64,000 bases of DNA from Podospora anserina (lineage: Eukaryota). Below, piece by piece: positions 1 through 14,298 of the stretch; the first letter of the stretch is position 1; each line of letters begins with the position of its first letter. Location of the stretch: NCBI GenBank assembly GCA_017654855.1, contig CM030332.1, positions 1,426,001 to 1,490,000 on the forward strand, given 5' to 3'. The position numbers and the translations under genes were made by a program. The notes below the pieces were generated by a model that saw nothing but the letters and a program-made list of their open reading frames with translations, was not told where the DNA came from and ran no database searches.

Positions 1-939
1 CCCCTCAATCCTTCACCACCCTTGGCTACCTACATTTGAGCCCCCTTAAATCAGTTTGGACCCCATAACCTCCCCACCCAAAAAGCACTACATTCATGTT
101 CCTCCAAATAAGCTATACCTGGAAATACTTACAAAAAGCAGACGTAATACCACACAAAATATTCCGCCACAGTCCACATCAAGCGAGCCACCCATGAATC
201 ACAAAATCCTTGCCATTAATGTATAGGCAAGAATAGGTCGGGTAATTACCACTCAATTTACGCAAGTAGACCGAAAAAGGTTTATTTGATCGTGCTGGTC
301 AAGATGATATGCTGGTGATAAGTAGTTTCACATGGCCCCTTGCCTCTGTCAAGAGCTGTTGTTGTCACTACAACATCCCCTACCTAGGTAGGTACGTAGG
401 TATTCATGTAACTCTCTGCATGCAAACAACAACAACCCCAAAAAAGCCAAATCAACTCTGGGTTCAAAAACCTGTGTGTAAATAAATATCTGCAAACAAG
501 TAGACTACTTTTTTTATCTACAACCCAGCCATTCGCTGAAACCCCATAAGAGAAAAACCAAATAATTCGAATAAAAAAACCCACGTATTCCAACAAGAAC
601 AACAAGGAGCTTGGAGCCCAGAAGCAAAAAAAAAAAAAACAACCAGCTACCTATCGTCCTCCCCCCTTTCTTATAAAATGTCTTGCCAAAGAATAATGAT
701 ACCAAGCACGACTCTTCGCTACTTTTATAAACCGTCCCCCTTCTTTTTGCCCAGCTAACCAACCTCTTTTGAAACACAGAATATTGGTATACACCCTCCC
801 CCCACACCCATGAAAACAATCATTAACAATTAACTATTGTCCCATGCTTTTCGATCCCACACTACTCATCACAACACCCTCCCCTCCAACAACACCCCCT
901 GCTGTTGCCGTCCCCATGTCCGTCCTCGAAGTCGCCTCT

Positions 940-3713
940 CTAAGACAACCCCAAAAACTTCCCGCTCTTCTTCTTCCCCAACCCAAACGTAAACCTCTCC
1001 ATCAAAGCCGGTTTGTGACCGTCCCTGTCCTTCGTTGGACTCCCCACAAACAACTCGGGCGGCGCCGTGTCCGACCGTGAGGGCCCAACCCCAGGAGAAG
1101 AAGAGGAAGAATGCCCGTTTTGTCCCGCAGTCCCATTGCTCCTAACACCATTCAGATGAGGCAAAGCCGGTACAGGAGGCAGCACAGCATCATGGCCACC
1201 ATTACTCGACGACTCCCCAGCAGCAGTACTAGCCCTGCTCTCCGTCTTGTCGCTCCTGTCACTCCTATCCGCTTTATCGGCATTGTTCTTGTCCTTCTCC
1301 TTGTCCTTGTCCCCACTCTTGAGAAACGCAAGACTCTTCCGTGTCATCGTCTTGCTGTTCCGACCTGCCCGGTTAAAGAACCCCGCTGGGGTGAACTTGT
1401 TGTTGCTGTCTTTCTCAACAGAGGCGCTGTCCACAGCAGCAAATGAGTCAGACCCGGTTGTTGTGGCGTCCTTCTTCCGGCGCTTTTCTTCCTCGTCTTC
1501 TGTTGTAGAATCGCGGGATTTGTCGAGCAGTCTCTCCTTGGCGGCGAGTTTAGCTGCCTCCTTTTCGGCTGCTTTTTCAGCTGCTTTCCGGGCCTTCTCA
1601 GCCTTTTCTTGCATCTTTTGCTCCTTTTTGATTTCCTCCTTTGACTTGGCCGGTACGGTTGCTGCCTCGTCGGCTTTGGTCATGACTGCTGATCCCGGTG
1701 GTGGGGCGGCGACTAAGGGGTGGCCATAGCCTTCTGGTCCGGCTGGTTGTTTTACTGGCGAGGCCAGTACAGACACTGGGCTTATACTGTCGAGCGGTGC
1801 CGACTTTGTCTGCTCCAACGTGGCCAGCGTCTCGTTTTCCTCCAGAGTTGGTAACGGTTGGGTGCTCAGTCTCGTCAGTGGTGGCGGGTGTGTGCCGTTG
1901 GTCTGTTCGGCCGTCATTGTGGTTGCTGCGAGATCTGCCGTTTCACTTGCTTCCCGCACTTGATCCAACCCTTCGGCATCCATCTCTTCCCGTACCTTCT
2001 CCCACGTGGTCTCTTGGTAAAACAATACATAGGCACATGCCATTCCTGGTTTGTCGCCGAAAAAGTTCTTGACAAAGTGCTTGTCCACCGGTTCAACCAT
2101 TTCGTCATCAAACAGAAGCCAACCCCGATCCTTGGTTTTGATAACCGACACATAGTGACCGTGATAAGCATTACCGCCGATGTGGATAACAACCGCGTAT
2201 AACTCATACAGCCGATCCTGGTCTTCGGCGTCGTCTGTAGTGTTGAACATACGGATATGATAAGGGTATACTATCCGGTGGAAGAGCTTCTGTAACCGGC
2301 TGTAGTCCTCTGTATACTTGAATCTTTTCAGATGCAATGCCAGCACCTTTGGTAACTTCTTGACCTTCATCCGCTTCTCAGCCTCTTGCAAGCCACCACA
2401 ATGGTCACAGTGGAACTTGTTACGTTCACACAGCATTTCCTCAGCGGAGAACTTCTGTAGGCATGACGTTACTGATGAGTGTTCCTCGAGATCAATCGAT
2501 AGATCCAGGAATGTCTCGTCTCGTTGCGAGGCTGCCTCGCAGGTTAAGCATCTGGTCTCGGATGTCAAAACGCCTTCAAATATGTCGTGCACCCACCCGG
2601 CCGCTGGAGTTCTTGAATCGATTGCGTTGCTGTTGTGTACTGATGCGGTGTCTGGTGAGGATAGTGGGCCGTCTTTGCCGCTCCCTTCTGCTTGCTCCAC
2701 CAGCATGCGCTTAGCGTTTGCCTCGACGTTGGCGATAACATCATTCAGGATTAGGCCATAAAATTCGTGGGCGTCCTGGTGCATAGAGTTTCGGAACATC
2801 TCATTGTCCCGCTTGAAAATTTCCAGAAACCGCTGGGGGCTTAAAACACCGGTACGGGACTGGCTCTCGATAAGGGCCGTGAATATATCCTTGAGGCCGG
2901 TGAATGTGCATTCCTGCATGCCGTATGTATCCGGGTTCTCCTGCGCAAGCTCCAGCACTGGACCCTTGATCATGGCCTGCTTCTTCTTATACTCGGGCGC
3001 ATCCGGCCTGTCCTCGGGACGCACAGGTGTGACGCCACCGGGCGCAAGCTGCCCGCCTCCCAACACCTGGCGCTGTTTTGCTTGCGCCGAGAGTGCTTTA
3101 CCCTTTGGGTCTTTTGGATTAGGCTGTACCGGTTCTCGTATTGTCACGTTAACCTTCTTGGATGCGCCGTTGAGGCCGTTGTTTGGGGGGAGTGAAGGAT
3201 AGTTGAGGACATTTTCTCGAAAAGGCTCGGAATAGTAGAGTGCCTGTAGTATTGAGTTGCAGTAGCTGTTGAACTGGAGGGTTAGTCGTTGTCTGCAGAA
3301 TCCCGTCTCCCAACCTGGGCATACCATGTGTTTCCAAACTACAACAAGTCACAGTTGTTAGCTTCACGACATGGATTTTTAACTCGTATGAAGCAGGCCT
3401 CACATTTTCCAACCCAAAGAACTTGTCACTTCCATCTGGCCTAATTGCTCCGGCATTCTGGAGAAGCCTTTCCACCGGGGTCAAGTCCAGCGCGGGATCA
3501 TCCTTTTCTTTGCCCTTTCCCTTTGACGATGTGGTGCTGTCAGACTTGGAGTTTGCCTAGGGCCAGTGTTAGTAACCTAGGTAGAAGACCACCGACATTG
3601 AGCATCGGGTTTCACGCAGCAGCGAGCCTAAACAAACACCCGCGCTCGGAACATTTAATCGCAGGTGTACATACAGTGCCGGCACCCTTAAGTTTCTGGA
3701 AGAACCCCGCCAT
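940..3713 (-). CDS. creB: Ubiquitin-specific protease, USP12/46 family (CreB / Ubp9-Ubp13-like); 4 exons
   Basis: Exons 3713-3675, 3556-3404, 3338-3325, 3265-940 join in frame via GT-AG introns. They rebuild the Cys box GLENFGNTCYCNS; QDAHEF and the His box [13 protein letters not shown]...WLLFDDE are present. Long K/E-rich C-terminal tail. Confidence 0.9.
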
Positions 3714-6700
3714 TGTGAGCGCCGAAAAATGCTAACCCGGCGGCGCGTCACTTGTCAGGCGGGGAGGGTCGGTCGTTATTCGACCGCCGCAGAGCCGTCG
3801 TCGTGAGGACGGGGCTGGTAGTAGGATCAACCGAATGTGTGTTGACGAGTCTGATATATGTAGGAGCTATGGAACGGACTAGAGCAAAGCTCGACGGGAA
3901 CGCTCGGAAGACGGATGGCGTATGCGCGTAGGGGTTGCGCAATGGCTTTGGAGTCGCAAGATCGGGTCAATGCCGCAGCGCGTTCTTGCTCGTGTGATCC
4001 GAATATGTGTATGCGGTATGCGGTATTCGATATGTTCCTCTTTGATCTCTCGCGTCTGGGTAGATTAAGGGTGGATACGGATACTCGGAAGAAAGATGCG
4101 CAGGATCAAGATGCTTGATGCAATCAACAAGGTAAGCTAGCTCTCGGCGCTGCGACCCTTGGACGGTGGCTTATCGATAATGACAATTGGGGCCAAAGAA
4201 GGGCTGAACTTTTGAAACATCCGTCGGACGGAGGTCTGGACAGCTAGGGTGTGGACAGAAGCCAGGAGCTACGGCAGAGGAGATGTCGAGAGAGGGAGCA
4301 GTGGACGTTGAGGCGCCTTGGGACATGCAGCTCAACCTGGATGGACAGGTTCCTGTATGTACTTTCCACCCTTACACTACAGTGGGATTATTGCCAAGTA
4401 CCCGACTGCAACCCAGAGGATCCGGTTCGATTCCAGAAGTAGTTGAGTGCTCGGCAGGGGTGGGGCCACAATGGAGCCCCTCCACAAACAGAGGTTCAAA
4501 GGTCCGCCGGGACTCCCCTCACTCACACCACTCCACAGCCTACATTTTCCACCTCTCAACGCTGCCGTCTTCGTCACGCTTTCACTTTCTGCCCAGGAAT
4601 TGTTGGGTCATCAACCACCCAGCTCTAGTAGGTGATGAGAGCGGCACTCCGCGGCAGATGGTGATCAACAACACAGTCGGCAGAATTACAAAGAACGCCA
4701 TAGCAATGCACCGTATGCACCTCGGGTAGTCTGTTGAGTGGTAACCGAGCTCAGCATCTTCCTGTTTCCGTCGTCTTGTCGAGTCTTCCGAGTCCCGGCA
4801 GCTCTGGGGTTCGTCAACGGTTTTTATGTAAAGTCTTGACGTCCGCCAATTCTAGCTGCCAACTCGAATGGAGCCTGCAAGCAGCTGGACTGCCGTTCTT
4901 CCTAGTGCCCGCCCTAGCGGATAAAGTGAGGTTTGCCACGATCCACTAAGGTACTGCCATGCTGAATATCCTCAAAATAGACTTCTCCTTCACACTTCTC
5001 ACCTCACACACTTACAAGACTGTTTACACTACAACAAGCTTTGTGGCGGCCATCGGTCGTAAGCCGAGTAATCTGTGCAACAGCTAGGCCATCAAAGCTT
5101 AGCTACCGGCGCATGACCACAATCAAGCGAACAAGAGACCCTCGACAAGATGCGCCCCTTCCTAGTGTCCTGAACCGACCTGCCGCCCTGCTTCTTTCAG
5201 ACGTTACATGCCCGACAGTGTGGTTGCAATATAGGTTGGCCACAGGCAAGTCGAAGCGCCAGAAGCTTCCCAGACCGGCTCCAGTGGGACGGAATCGAGT
5301 CCCTTGCTTGGTTACTATTCGTCCATAATATTCGGTGGGTTTTAAGGTCATGGATGCCACGCTGACCATCGCGTACAGAAAACGGGAGTGACGGTCAGTC
5401 CCCAGGAGAACGGGAGTGTGGGGTAGAATTTAAGAAATTGTGGCCTTCCAGACAGTTCGCTTGCGCCGCGTTGAGTTTACCCGTCCTTCTTCCTCAACGG
5501 CACGGGAGACGGAATCTCTCGCCCGGGGAACTCATTTCTCTTTATTTCCCTTGGCAATGGATTACCTTGACGATATCGGACCAGCTCTCGATTTGCCTGC
5601 TCATGGCGAGTCCAGAATATCTTTGACAATCGTTACTCTTCGACTGATGACGATTTGGCCCCCCCGCGCCCCTCTTGGACCCTTGGCCCTTAGATTCGCA
5701 ATGTAGGCCCGTCTTTGCGGAAGGGTCAACCAACGATTCCTCCCGCGTGGCCGCTTCTTCCTTGGCCCATCCCCTGATCTGTCTGAACCAGTGGGACATG
5801 CAGCTCGCATTAGCCCTACACACACTCTTTTTCCTCGTATGTCAACCTGTTGATCCTCACTGGTTGGAATCCCGTAGCTGAATTCGGCAGGCATATGGAG
5901 CCGACATAGGCCTCAGGCCACCGTCCTCACCACCTCCGCCCAGGAACACAAAACGGCCCCCCAAAAAGCTGCCGTATGACGAAACACTCACCCAACCCGC
6001 AGAGCTTGTTTTCTTTCTATTTATTGCGCGGGCTCTTACACTACCTTTGATGTTTGAAAAAGTACCGGGTAAATACCTCCATCCATCAAACACCCCCCTT
6101 CTCCCTTTGGTTCCACAACATATAGATCATTTTGCACACGTACACATCCTTTCTTGGTTTGTCTCACAGAAAGACTGATGACCGAGGAAGTCGCCGGGGT
6201 GTAGAGCAAAAATAATAAGGGTATGACCACCTGCAGAACAAACGCGAGCGGGCGCACAAATCCCGATGATGATGCATGGTTACGTCAAGGGGATGACGGC
6301 CTGTCACGTTTGATTGTAGAAGGACACCTCGTGATAGGTTTGTAGGTATCCGGGGGTTTGGTTCGGAAAGAAGAGGGCGTTAGTATTTGGGGAGTTGGTT
6401 GAATGTTGCAGAATGGGGTTGAATTACGAGAAAGGAAGAAGGTCTCTCAGACAGAGGGCCGGTGACAGCCGTGGCTCGCTTATGACTTCAGGTAGGCCTG
6501 ATAGCTATCTGAAAAGTGAAAGTAGTTGCCTCAGCATGGTCCAGAGCTCAGAATGATACAGCAGTGGCAGGCTGGAGTTGAACTGCCTACCGGGCATCTG
6601 GGTTCAGCCGCATAGCCTAGTCATAGGTAATTCAAGCGCATAGCTGTGTAGACATTCAACCCAGATTCAAGTATGCTTGCTGTAAATCACGCGTCCCACA

Positions 6701-6849
6701 AGAGACCACCACTTATCGTGACACTGAACCAATCCGTTGACAACAGCTTACAAGGAAACAAATTCAAAATAAATATCTATCCCCTTCAAGACCTCAAATA
6801 TCCAATTCGCATTCAACATTACTACAAAGTGTTACACGAAAAATCCTTG

Positions 6850-9494
6850 CTAAACCACAATCCCCGACCCCTCCGTCCCGGTCCTCTGCTCCTCCGTCTC
6901 CGTCTCATCCCCCTCATCGTCACTCATAACCCTGCTCTGTGCCTCCTGGTACTCATCCTGCGTCTCCTCCGCCTCCGTCTGCCGATCCTGTTCCTCCTCC
7001 TTCTGCTGCTCCTCACCGACGACATAAGCAGGCGCGCCCAGCTCCTCCTCCTGACCACCAACCCAGACCTTGTTGAGCTCCGTCTCAATCTCCTCCCGTC
7101 TCTTCTTCCACTTTTCCACCTGAGCCAACCTCTCCCTCAGATCGTGAAGCTCCTTCTCGACAGCCATCTTCTCGCGTTCGGTGCCGATGCGCTGGACCTC
7201 CCACTCGTCTCCGCGCTCGCCGAGGCCGAGGACAAGGTTGTAGGTGTGGTATTTCTTAAGCGAAGCGCGGGTGGAGATGGTAATGAGGGCTGGAAAAGGA
7301 CAAATGTTAGTTGTAGGTAGGGAAAACGGGGGAGAGAAAAAAAAAACTTACTGATACCCTTCTCCTTGCAAGTCTCATACAACAACCCCTCCACATCACT
7401 GCTCACCGCGCTCGTCCCCTCATCGATAAACGCATACTGCGGCTCGTGATAGAGCAACCTCGCAATCGCCAACCTCTGCTTCTCACCACCGCTCAACACA
7501 TCCTTCCACTCCTTCCTCGTGTCCCACCCCCCCTCTCGATCAGGCAAATACCCCAGCTTCGCCTGCTCAAGCGCCCTCTTGAGATCATACTCATTCTTCC
7601 TCTTCTCCCTCATGTCCGCCTCCCCGTCAGGATAAATAACCTGATCTCTCAGCGTCCCGATGCTCAGATACGGCCTCTGAGGCAAAAACATGATCCCATC
7701 CTCCCCGTTGTTCTTCGGCCTAGACACCAACCCCCGATAAACCGGCCACAACCCCGCAATCACCCTCGCAATAGCCGACTTTCCAATCCCGTTCGGCCCC
7801 GAAATCAGCAGGTGATCCCCCCGCCTCACAATCAAGCTCAAGCTCTCGAGCAACTCCTCACCGCCCTGAGGCCACAACCCGGGAGCCACAATCGGCACAT
7901 TCTCCAACCTCACCCCATCAAACCCCTTTTGGATGGTCCCCTGCACATCGCTCAGCGAGTACAGCTCGTTCTCCCTCCCGCGGACATAATACGCATTCGC
8001 GTGCGCCCTGTGCAGAGTAGAAATAAGCGTGTACACCCGACTGGTATACCCAGCCAGCTCGCTCAGATCCTTGATGCTGTACATCATCCTCCCGCCTGCA
8101 TCAGCCAGACTCAACATCAACCTCTTATTCGTAATAAAATCCTTCATCCTCTCCCTTTCCCTCCCTCCTTTAACCGCAGTCGCACCGGCAACCTCTGTCG
8201 CCCCCCCAAGCCCACCCCAAGCAGGCAGGAAAACAGGCAGTGACGACAAAAGGTAGCCATACGCACTCCAGCTGTACTTGAGAATGAAATCCTCCAAGAT
8301 GTTGTACCTAATCTTGAGCATGTAAATCCCCTCCATCCAATTCTTCAGACTCTTGAACTCTTTGTTCAAGAACGTCTTCTCCATCTCGGCACCGCCATAA
8401 AACGCCACCTCCTCCGCATTGGCGATCAACCTCGCGTGCAGGCTCCTAAAGTCACCCTCTTTCCTGCCCTCGACAGCCTTGAGCTTGCCAAAGGGGGGAG
8501 ACAACTTCCTGAGGATGGAGGCGGTAAGAAAGTAATTGCTCAACAAACCCGTCAACGCCAACGGGCCGAGCGAGCGGTAGAGTTGGTAGTTGAACACGCA
8601 GATGTCAACAAACGGTTTTCCAAGGGAAGAGTACAAGTTTGCGGCAGCGGCGCAGAACTGTGTGAGATCCTGGGTGATGAACTGATCTGCTCCCTGGCCG
8701 ACGCCTCCGTCGAGGTTGTGGAGCTTGTAGTAGTTTAGATTGTCGTTGAGGTACAGGTCGTGAATGTAACGGGTGAGACGGGTGCGGAAGGCGATCGAGA
8801 CCTTGGATTCGAGATATTTGATCATGGCGTTGGTGTAAGAGGCAAAGCCACCGAGACCGCACCACTTGGCTAGACCGAGGAGGAAGGCTTTCCCGTTTCC
8901 TGCCACGAGATCACGGACGATTTCACCGTCTAGGCGGGCGACTACCAGGGAGAGATAGGTGCGCAACATGAGGAAAGCGCCGTGGCTGACGAGGAGACCT
9001 GCTTCTTTGCTTGTCCAGCGGGGGATCATGATGCTCATGAGACTGAGAAACTGGTGGAGGAAGGCGAGGTTGAGACCCGGTTTGGTTTGTGCTGCCGGGA
9101 CGTGGCCATCTCCCAACCCAGATACCCTAGGTGGGTTAAGGAACAGTCTGCGATGGGCCTCAAAGGTGAGCGGCTTGGTACTCGAGATGACAACCTTGGA
9201 GGTGCCATCCTTGTAAGGAACATAAATGGTGCGAGAACCGTCCTTGTTGTGTAGCCAAGAGTTAGTTCGCACAAGTTTCCTCCCTGTCTCGCGCTCCTCA
9301 CGCTTGCGTTTCCACTTCCGACGGGTGCCCTCGCCAGCGAGGATGATGGAGGTGGCGAGAGCGAGGGTGCATAGCAGGCGCGTGGTTTTGGACGTGCTGC
9401 GCAGCTTTGTGCGGATGAGTTCGCCGTACTTTTCGACAAAGGTGGCAATGGCCTCCTCGGCGGCCGAGTGCCGGAGGGTTGACTGGACTGCCAT
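6850..9494 (-). CDS. PXA1: Peroxisomal half ABC transporter, ABCD/ALDP family (long-chain fatty acyl-CoA import)
   Basis: EAA-like motif NAEEVAFYGG, Walker A GPNGIGKS, signature LSGGEKQR, Walker B FIDEGTSAV. One intron 7351-7290 joins to the C-terminal ORF ending at 6850. ATG at 9494 (MAVQSTLR). PXA1 versus PXA2 assignment is less certain than the family. Confidence 0.9.
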
Positions 9495-9914
9495 GACCGT
9501 CGTCGTCGTCGTCTGTTGCACGCGACGAGATCCGAAAAAGGGAGGGGGGCGTGTAGTTTTGTTATTCCTCCCGAGCCTCCGGGCTCAAGCGCTCTATTCC
9601 ATTCGGACTCTTATATACCGTGTCGTTGTTTATTTGTGGTGTGGTGTAGCTAAGATAGTGGTTGGTAAGGAGGCGGAAACCGAGAGCCGTAGGTAGAGTT
9701 TTGGGGATAAAACGGCGGGTGGACGTGGCTTTGGTTTAAACTGTAAAAGAGACACTTGTGTTTGTTGTCGGGCGGTCGAGGTGCGTCGGTCCCGGAGTAA
9801 ACATCGGGTTAGCAAGCGTTGTGTTGAAGAGGATCGCTTAGAATTGGATGTCGTGTCTCTCTTGTTCTTTCGGTTATGGCTTGTTGGACGCATAAAGAAT
9901 GGCATGTGAATATC

Positions 9915-9920
9915 CCGAGG
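9915..9920. promoter_or_regulatory. Candidate FarA/FarB (CCGAGG/CCTCGG) fatty-acid response element
   Basis: CCGAGG about 420 bp upstream of the peroxisomal ABC transporter ATG. This hexamer is the known Far motif of peroxisomal and beta-oxidation genes in filamentous ascomycetes; a single hexamer may be chance. Confidence 0.35.
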
Positions 9921-12688
9921 TGTCGCTGCTCCAGCCACAGCATGCTGCGTGCTCAACGTCATCGCCCCCAGGAAGCAAGCCACTGTTCCTGGTCAGGTGC
10001 GCCCCCCAGGCGTGCTGCTTGGGGATCTAAGACCCGGGGACCTGCCCAATCCAGTGGGTTTTCCCCGCAATCCTCACTGAAAAGGGCGGGGCGTTTACCC
10101 ACATTTCGCACCGTGCATCAAGATCTTGTTCCGGGCTTTCGAAGAGTCTTCGATGTCTGGAGAGGCCTGTTCCAGGTTGTGGCAAGCACCGCTTCGGTCA
10201 ACCGATATATCAATCGCACAGCAACACAAATATCAGGTTTTTTATTTGAATAATTACTTCCAACTCCCCCATCTGTGTCGAGGCAGGCTCGAGTTTTCTG
10301 TGGGCTCAAGGTGGGAATGTACTGCATATGTGGAGAAAGTACTGAAGTCCCCCCGAGCTGTTCAAAGGCTGACAGATCGATCTGAAACGGTAGGTTTTTT
10401 TACTTTTTACATTTTCACATGGACTTGTCTGCTCTTCCTTGCCTGGGACTTGTGTCTATTTTTGCTCAAGGCTCTCGGGAGGCGCACAGCAAGTCTCGGG
10501 CACCCGTACGGGATGGCACGCCAGCTTCCATCCGGTTCGCCAATCCATTGCAGACCGGAAAGATGTGGTGCGGGGCAGCCAGGCCCGTGAGGCGGCCCTT
10601 CAAGATCCGGGTCCGAACTTTCTCTGTGACGACCCGGCAGTCAGGGACCAGACATCCATGACTGTCACTTCAGAAACAAGAGGCTCTCTGGGAAACCCCA
10701 GTGTCTCAATCTCAACAGCGACAAAGCAGAGGTGGTGACTGGCTGCGTGGTTGTTCTTCTGGTGCTGACCCGTCACCGTCCCGGGCGGTAACATGGCCAA
10801 TCACATCGGGCTTGGCCATGGCATCCTCCAACAGCCCAATGTTCTCCAGCATCCCCTGCCGAGGACCGGTCTCGAGCGGGTGCAGCTCCTTTTCCAGCAG
10901 TCCCCGGCCCAAGCAATGCGGACCGCTCGCACGCCATGACGGGCAAGACGGAGCAGTCGATGTCTTGCGGGGGTTTGCCTGCAGACTCCAGTTCGAGTGT
11001 GGAGAGAATGCATGTCTCCTGAGGTTCTGACACTGGAACAATTGGGCAATTGGGCGACTGGGCTCTCATGCAGTCACGGAGGGCTGCGACAAATGGCAAC
11101 GCATGCCCCCAATCAAGCTCAGCCCTGGCAATAAAACGACGCGCTCTGCCAGGTGGCTGCGTATTCGCCTCATCTTTTGATGGTTTTCAGAGAGAATGGT
11201 GTTGGATTACAGTCTCCAGTCTCGAAAGGCTTGGAGTGGAAAGGGGCAGAGGAGGGTCCATGATGCCGTGGAACCCTTGACCTATAAAATTGACCATAGC
11301 GATGCTGTTGAATGCCGGCGGTCTGCAGCTTGGGCTGCCAGTTGCATTGCCTTGCCATTGCTTGAGAAGCCAAGCGCATGTGTTGCTTCTTTTCCAATTC
11401 CTTTTCTTTGGTTCGCACATAGGTCTCCAAGAGCTGCAGTTCTGCACACGACACAACACAACAGCGGGAATCTCACAGCAAACACCAGACAGACAACCTT
11501 TCCATCTCAACACCCACTTTGCCCAGGGCCGGCCAGAAGTTGAACTTCTGTGGGCGGCGGGTCTGGGACGGATTTAAACTAAGCAGAAGTATTGATTGGG
11601 TAAAAGTACTTGGCTGCTGCTGGGCCGCGATGGGACGTGTTAGTAGAATGAATGCCCAGACGCCTTGAAACCAGCCAAATGGCAGCTGTTGGCTCTACGC
11701 GCCGCGGCAGGTACTATCGCCTGGTAATAGCACGCTATGTGCACCACGTAGCCGCAAAGTTACTGGGCTGGCTGGGTAATTTTCCCTGGGGGCAATCCGC
11801 TAATCCTGTCTTGTCCTCCTTGCTCCCCCATCGTTCTCTGCTGCTGCGCTGCACTCAAGCCATCCCAGAACCAGACCCATCACCTTTAAACTCCATCATC
11901 TCGCTTGTCCACCACCACCACGTCCCTCCTCAGCCGCTGATACGCCCATCCTCTTTTTTCCCCTTCCACCATCCCCAAGGCCATTGTCTGGTCTCCGGCG
12001 TGCGATTCTTCCATCTGCGGGCTCCCTTTTGGTCCGACAGCTTCCCTCCTCACCTTCGTCCCTTTTGCCTCGAAACTGCCAGTTCCTTTCGCTCGACAAG
12101 AAACACGCCCAGTCGTGTGCTCGGTCCCTTTCCCGATCGGCCTTGTCTGCGCGCCAATTTCCCGTCTGCACCGACCGTCACATCACGGTTCGCATCGTCC
12201 TTCTCGCGACTTTCTTTCTTAATAGCCGTATTCTTCACCGCAGAGCTTCGCGTGCTCCATTCGCACCAACCAGCAGCAACGGCTTCTTCGACAGTTATTA
12301 GGCAAAGGTGGTTCGGGACGAGCGAAGTGGCCTCGAAGGGCCATACTCCATTGAGATAGGGGTTGGGTCGTGTCGAGCGTTCCTTGGATCCGATCTTTGA
12401 ATCTTAAAGGTGGGTGGGTGATTACATGCGACCGCGTTTGGGGATCTTTTTGGCTTTGGGTGGCTGTGCGGTGATGGGGAGCTTTGGTGCTCGGCGGTCA
12501 ATTCGACTAGGTTGTTGACCTGCCTTGTCCCATTGCAGCGCCCAACAACACGCCAAACACGCCATCGCGCCCCGGAGCTCAGACCCGACACTGCACGGTC
12601 TCGAGTTGGCTGCAGTGAATTGAAGGGCCAGTGCTAACTACTGCAATGGATAGGTTCTAACTCGTCTTCATATATCTTACACACAAAA

Positions 12689-14298
12689 ATGGCTTGGGGC
12701 ACTGAAGAGAGGGTGCCAGCGGCCCCTGGGAGTTCCAAGGAGAAGGACACGCTATCAGCCGAGGATGGAAAGAAGGGTCGGGGTCTTTTGCCCGTGCCAT
12801 CACGGTCATCGTCTCAAAGAGCTTCACCGACGGCTACTGGCCTGAGCGGCGCAACTGCGAGCGACCCCAGAGATAGCATCGGCGGACATTCCAAGGAATC
12901 CAAAGGCAGTATGTTGGGCCAAAACCGCAATGGAAGCGCATCTAGTAACCGTTTAGGCATGGTAACAGGACCGACAGCCACTCCGGGACAGTCTGAGCCA
13001 AACTCTCCGGCAGCTCCCTCTCATAAAAAGAAGAAGGGCGGATTCTTGGCCATCTTTGGATGCTGTGGTGTTCCCGACAACGCCAATGGGCTGGAGGCTG
13101 AGGCCCCCCATCGTCTCGACAAGATCCCCGCTCGACCTGCCACAGCCAGCCGGCGAACAGCCACGCCATCGGGAGAGCAACCATCTGGGAGCAAGACGCA
13201 GCTGTCTGAGAAGGAGCCAGGTCAGCAAGCACAACAGTCGGCTGCGCAGCCCCAGAAGAACGGGAAGCGGATCTCTGGTGCTAGCACTCAGGATCAATCT
13301 ACAGTGGGTGATCGCGATGGCGAGTCGAAGCAGACGACGCTTGTCGGCGCAGGATCCGGCAACCCATCCATCTCGGTGGACCCCCCACACAGCGTTACGA
13401 GCGCCGACGAGACGATTCACGAGAATGCTTCTGAAAAGGATGCAGAAGGTGATGTTTCTATGCCCGACGCTGACAACTCAAGGCAACAGAACGCCCAGGG
13501 ATCCGTAAACAACGCGGACGAGCAGCTTCCCAAGGTTCCTCCACCGCCCCCAGGGCCTGTGCCGGCAGTGCCGAATGCGCCAACATCCACGTCAGTGGAA
13601 AACCCAGCTGTGTTTGCCTCTGAGCAGCAGCAGGAGAGATGGCTTCTGCCTCCCCAAAGGCCAGAGCACAAGGGCAGAAAATGCCTTGTTCTTGATCTGG
13701 ATGAGACGCTTGTCCACAGCTCGTTTAAGGTAAGACCTTGTGTCCCATGAACTACTGGTGGCAATATCCTAATGATCACCAGATCCTCAACCAAGCCGAC
13801 TTCACGATACCTGTCGAGATCGAGGGCAACTTCCATAACGTCTACGTAATCAAGCGACCGGGAGTCGACCAGTTCATGAAGAGGGTTGGCGAGCTCTACG
13901 AGGTTGTTGTCTTTACAGCCTCCGTGTCTAAGGTATGGATGGAGTTCCAGGTCACCGTTGAACGCTCGCATCTGACAAGAAAATAGTATGGCGACCCGCT
14001 ACTCGACCAGCTGGACATCCACAACGTCGTCCACCATCGCCTCTTCCGCGAGAGTTGCTACAATCACCAGGGCAACTACGTCAAGGACTTGTCGCAAGTT
14101 GGCCGTGACCTCAAGGACACCATCATCATTGACAACTCGCCGACTTCGTACATCTTTCACCCTCAACACGCCGTCCCGATTAGCAGTTGGTTCTCGGATG
14201 CCCACGATAACGAATTGCTGGATTTAATTCCAGTCCTCGAAGACCTTGCCACTCCCAACGTACGAGATGTCAGCCTGGTCCTCGATGTCACTCTTTAA
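12689..14298 (+). CDS. PSR1: Psr1/Psr2-type small CTD-like (NIF/FCP1, HAD) plasma-membrane phosphatase
   Basis: [15 protein letters not shown] (DxDxT), [19 protein letters not shown]. Introns ~13729-13782 and ~13933-13986; stop TAA at 14296-14298. Disordered N-terminus carrying a [15 protein letters not shown] motif. Confidence 0.92.

Noticed and set aside
3748-3942. Possible uORF upstream of creB
   Set aside because: It begins at TTG rather than ATG and has no supporting features.
4100-6700. Many short ORFs in the long creB-PXA1 intergenic region
   Set aside because: No recognisable domain, coherent exon chain, transposon termini or RNA gene motif. I cannot exclude a lncRNA or small orphan gene.
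9600-12650. ORFs (e.g. 11652-12359, 235 aa) between PXA1 and PSR1
   Set aside because: Composition resembles a divergent promoter and a long intron-containing 5' leader; the translations are not protein-like.
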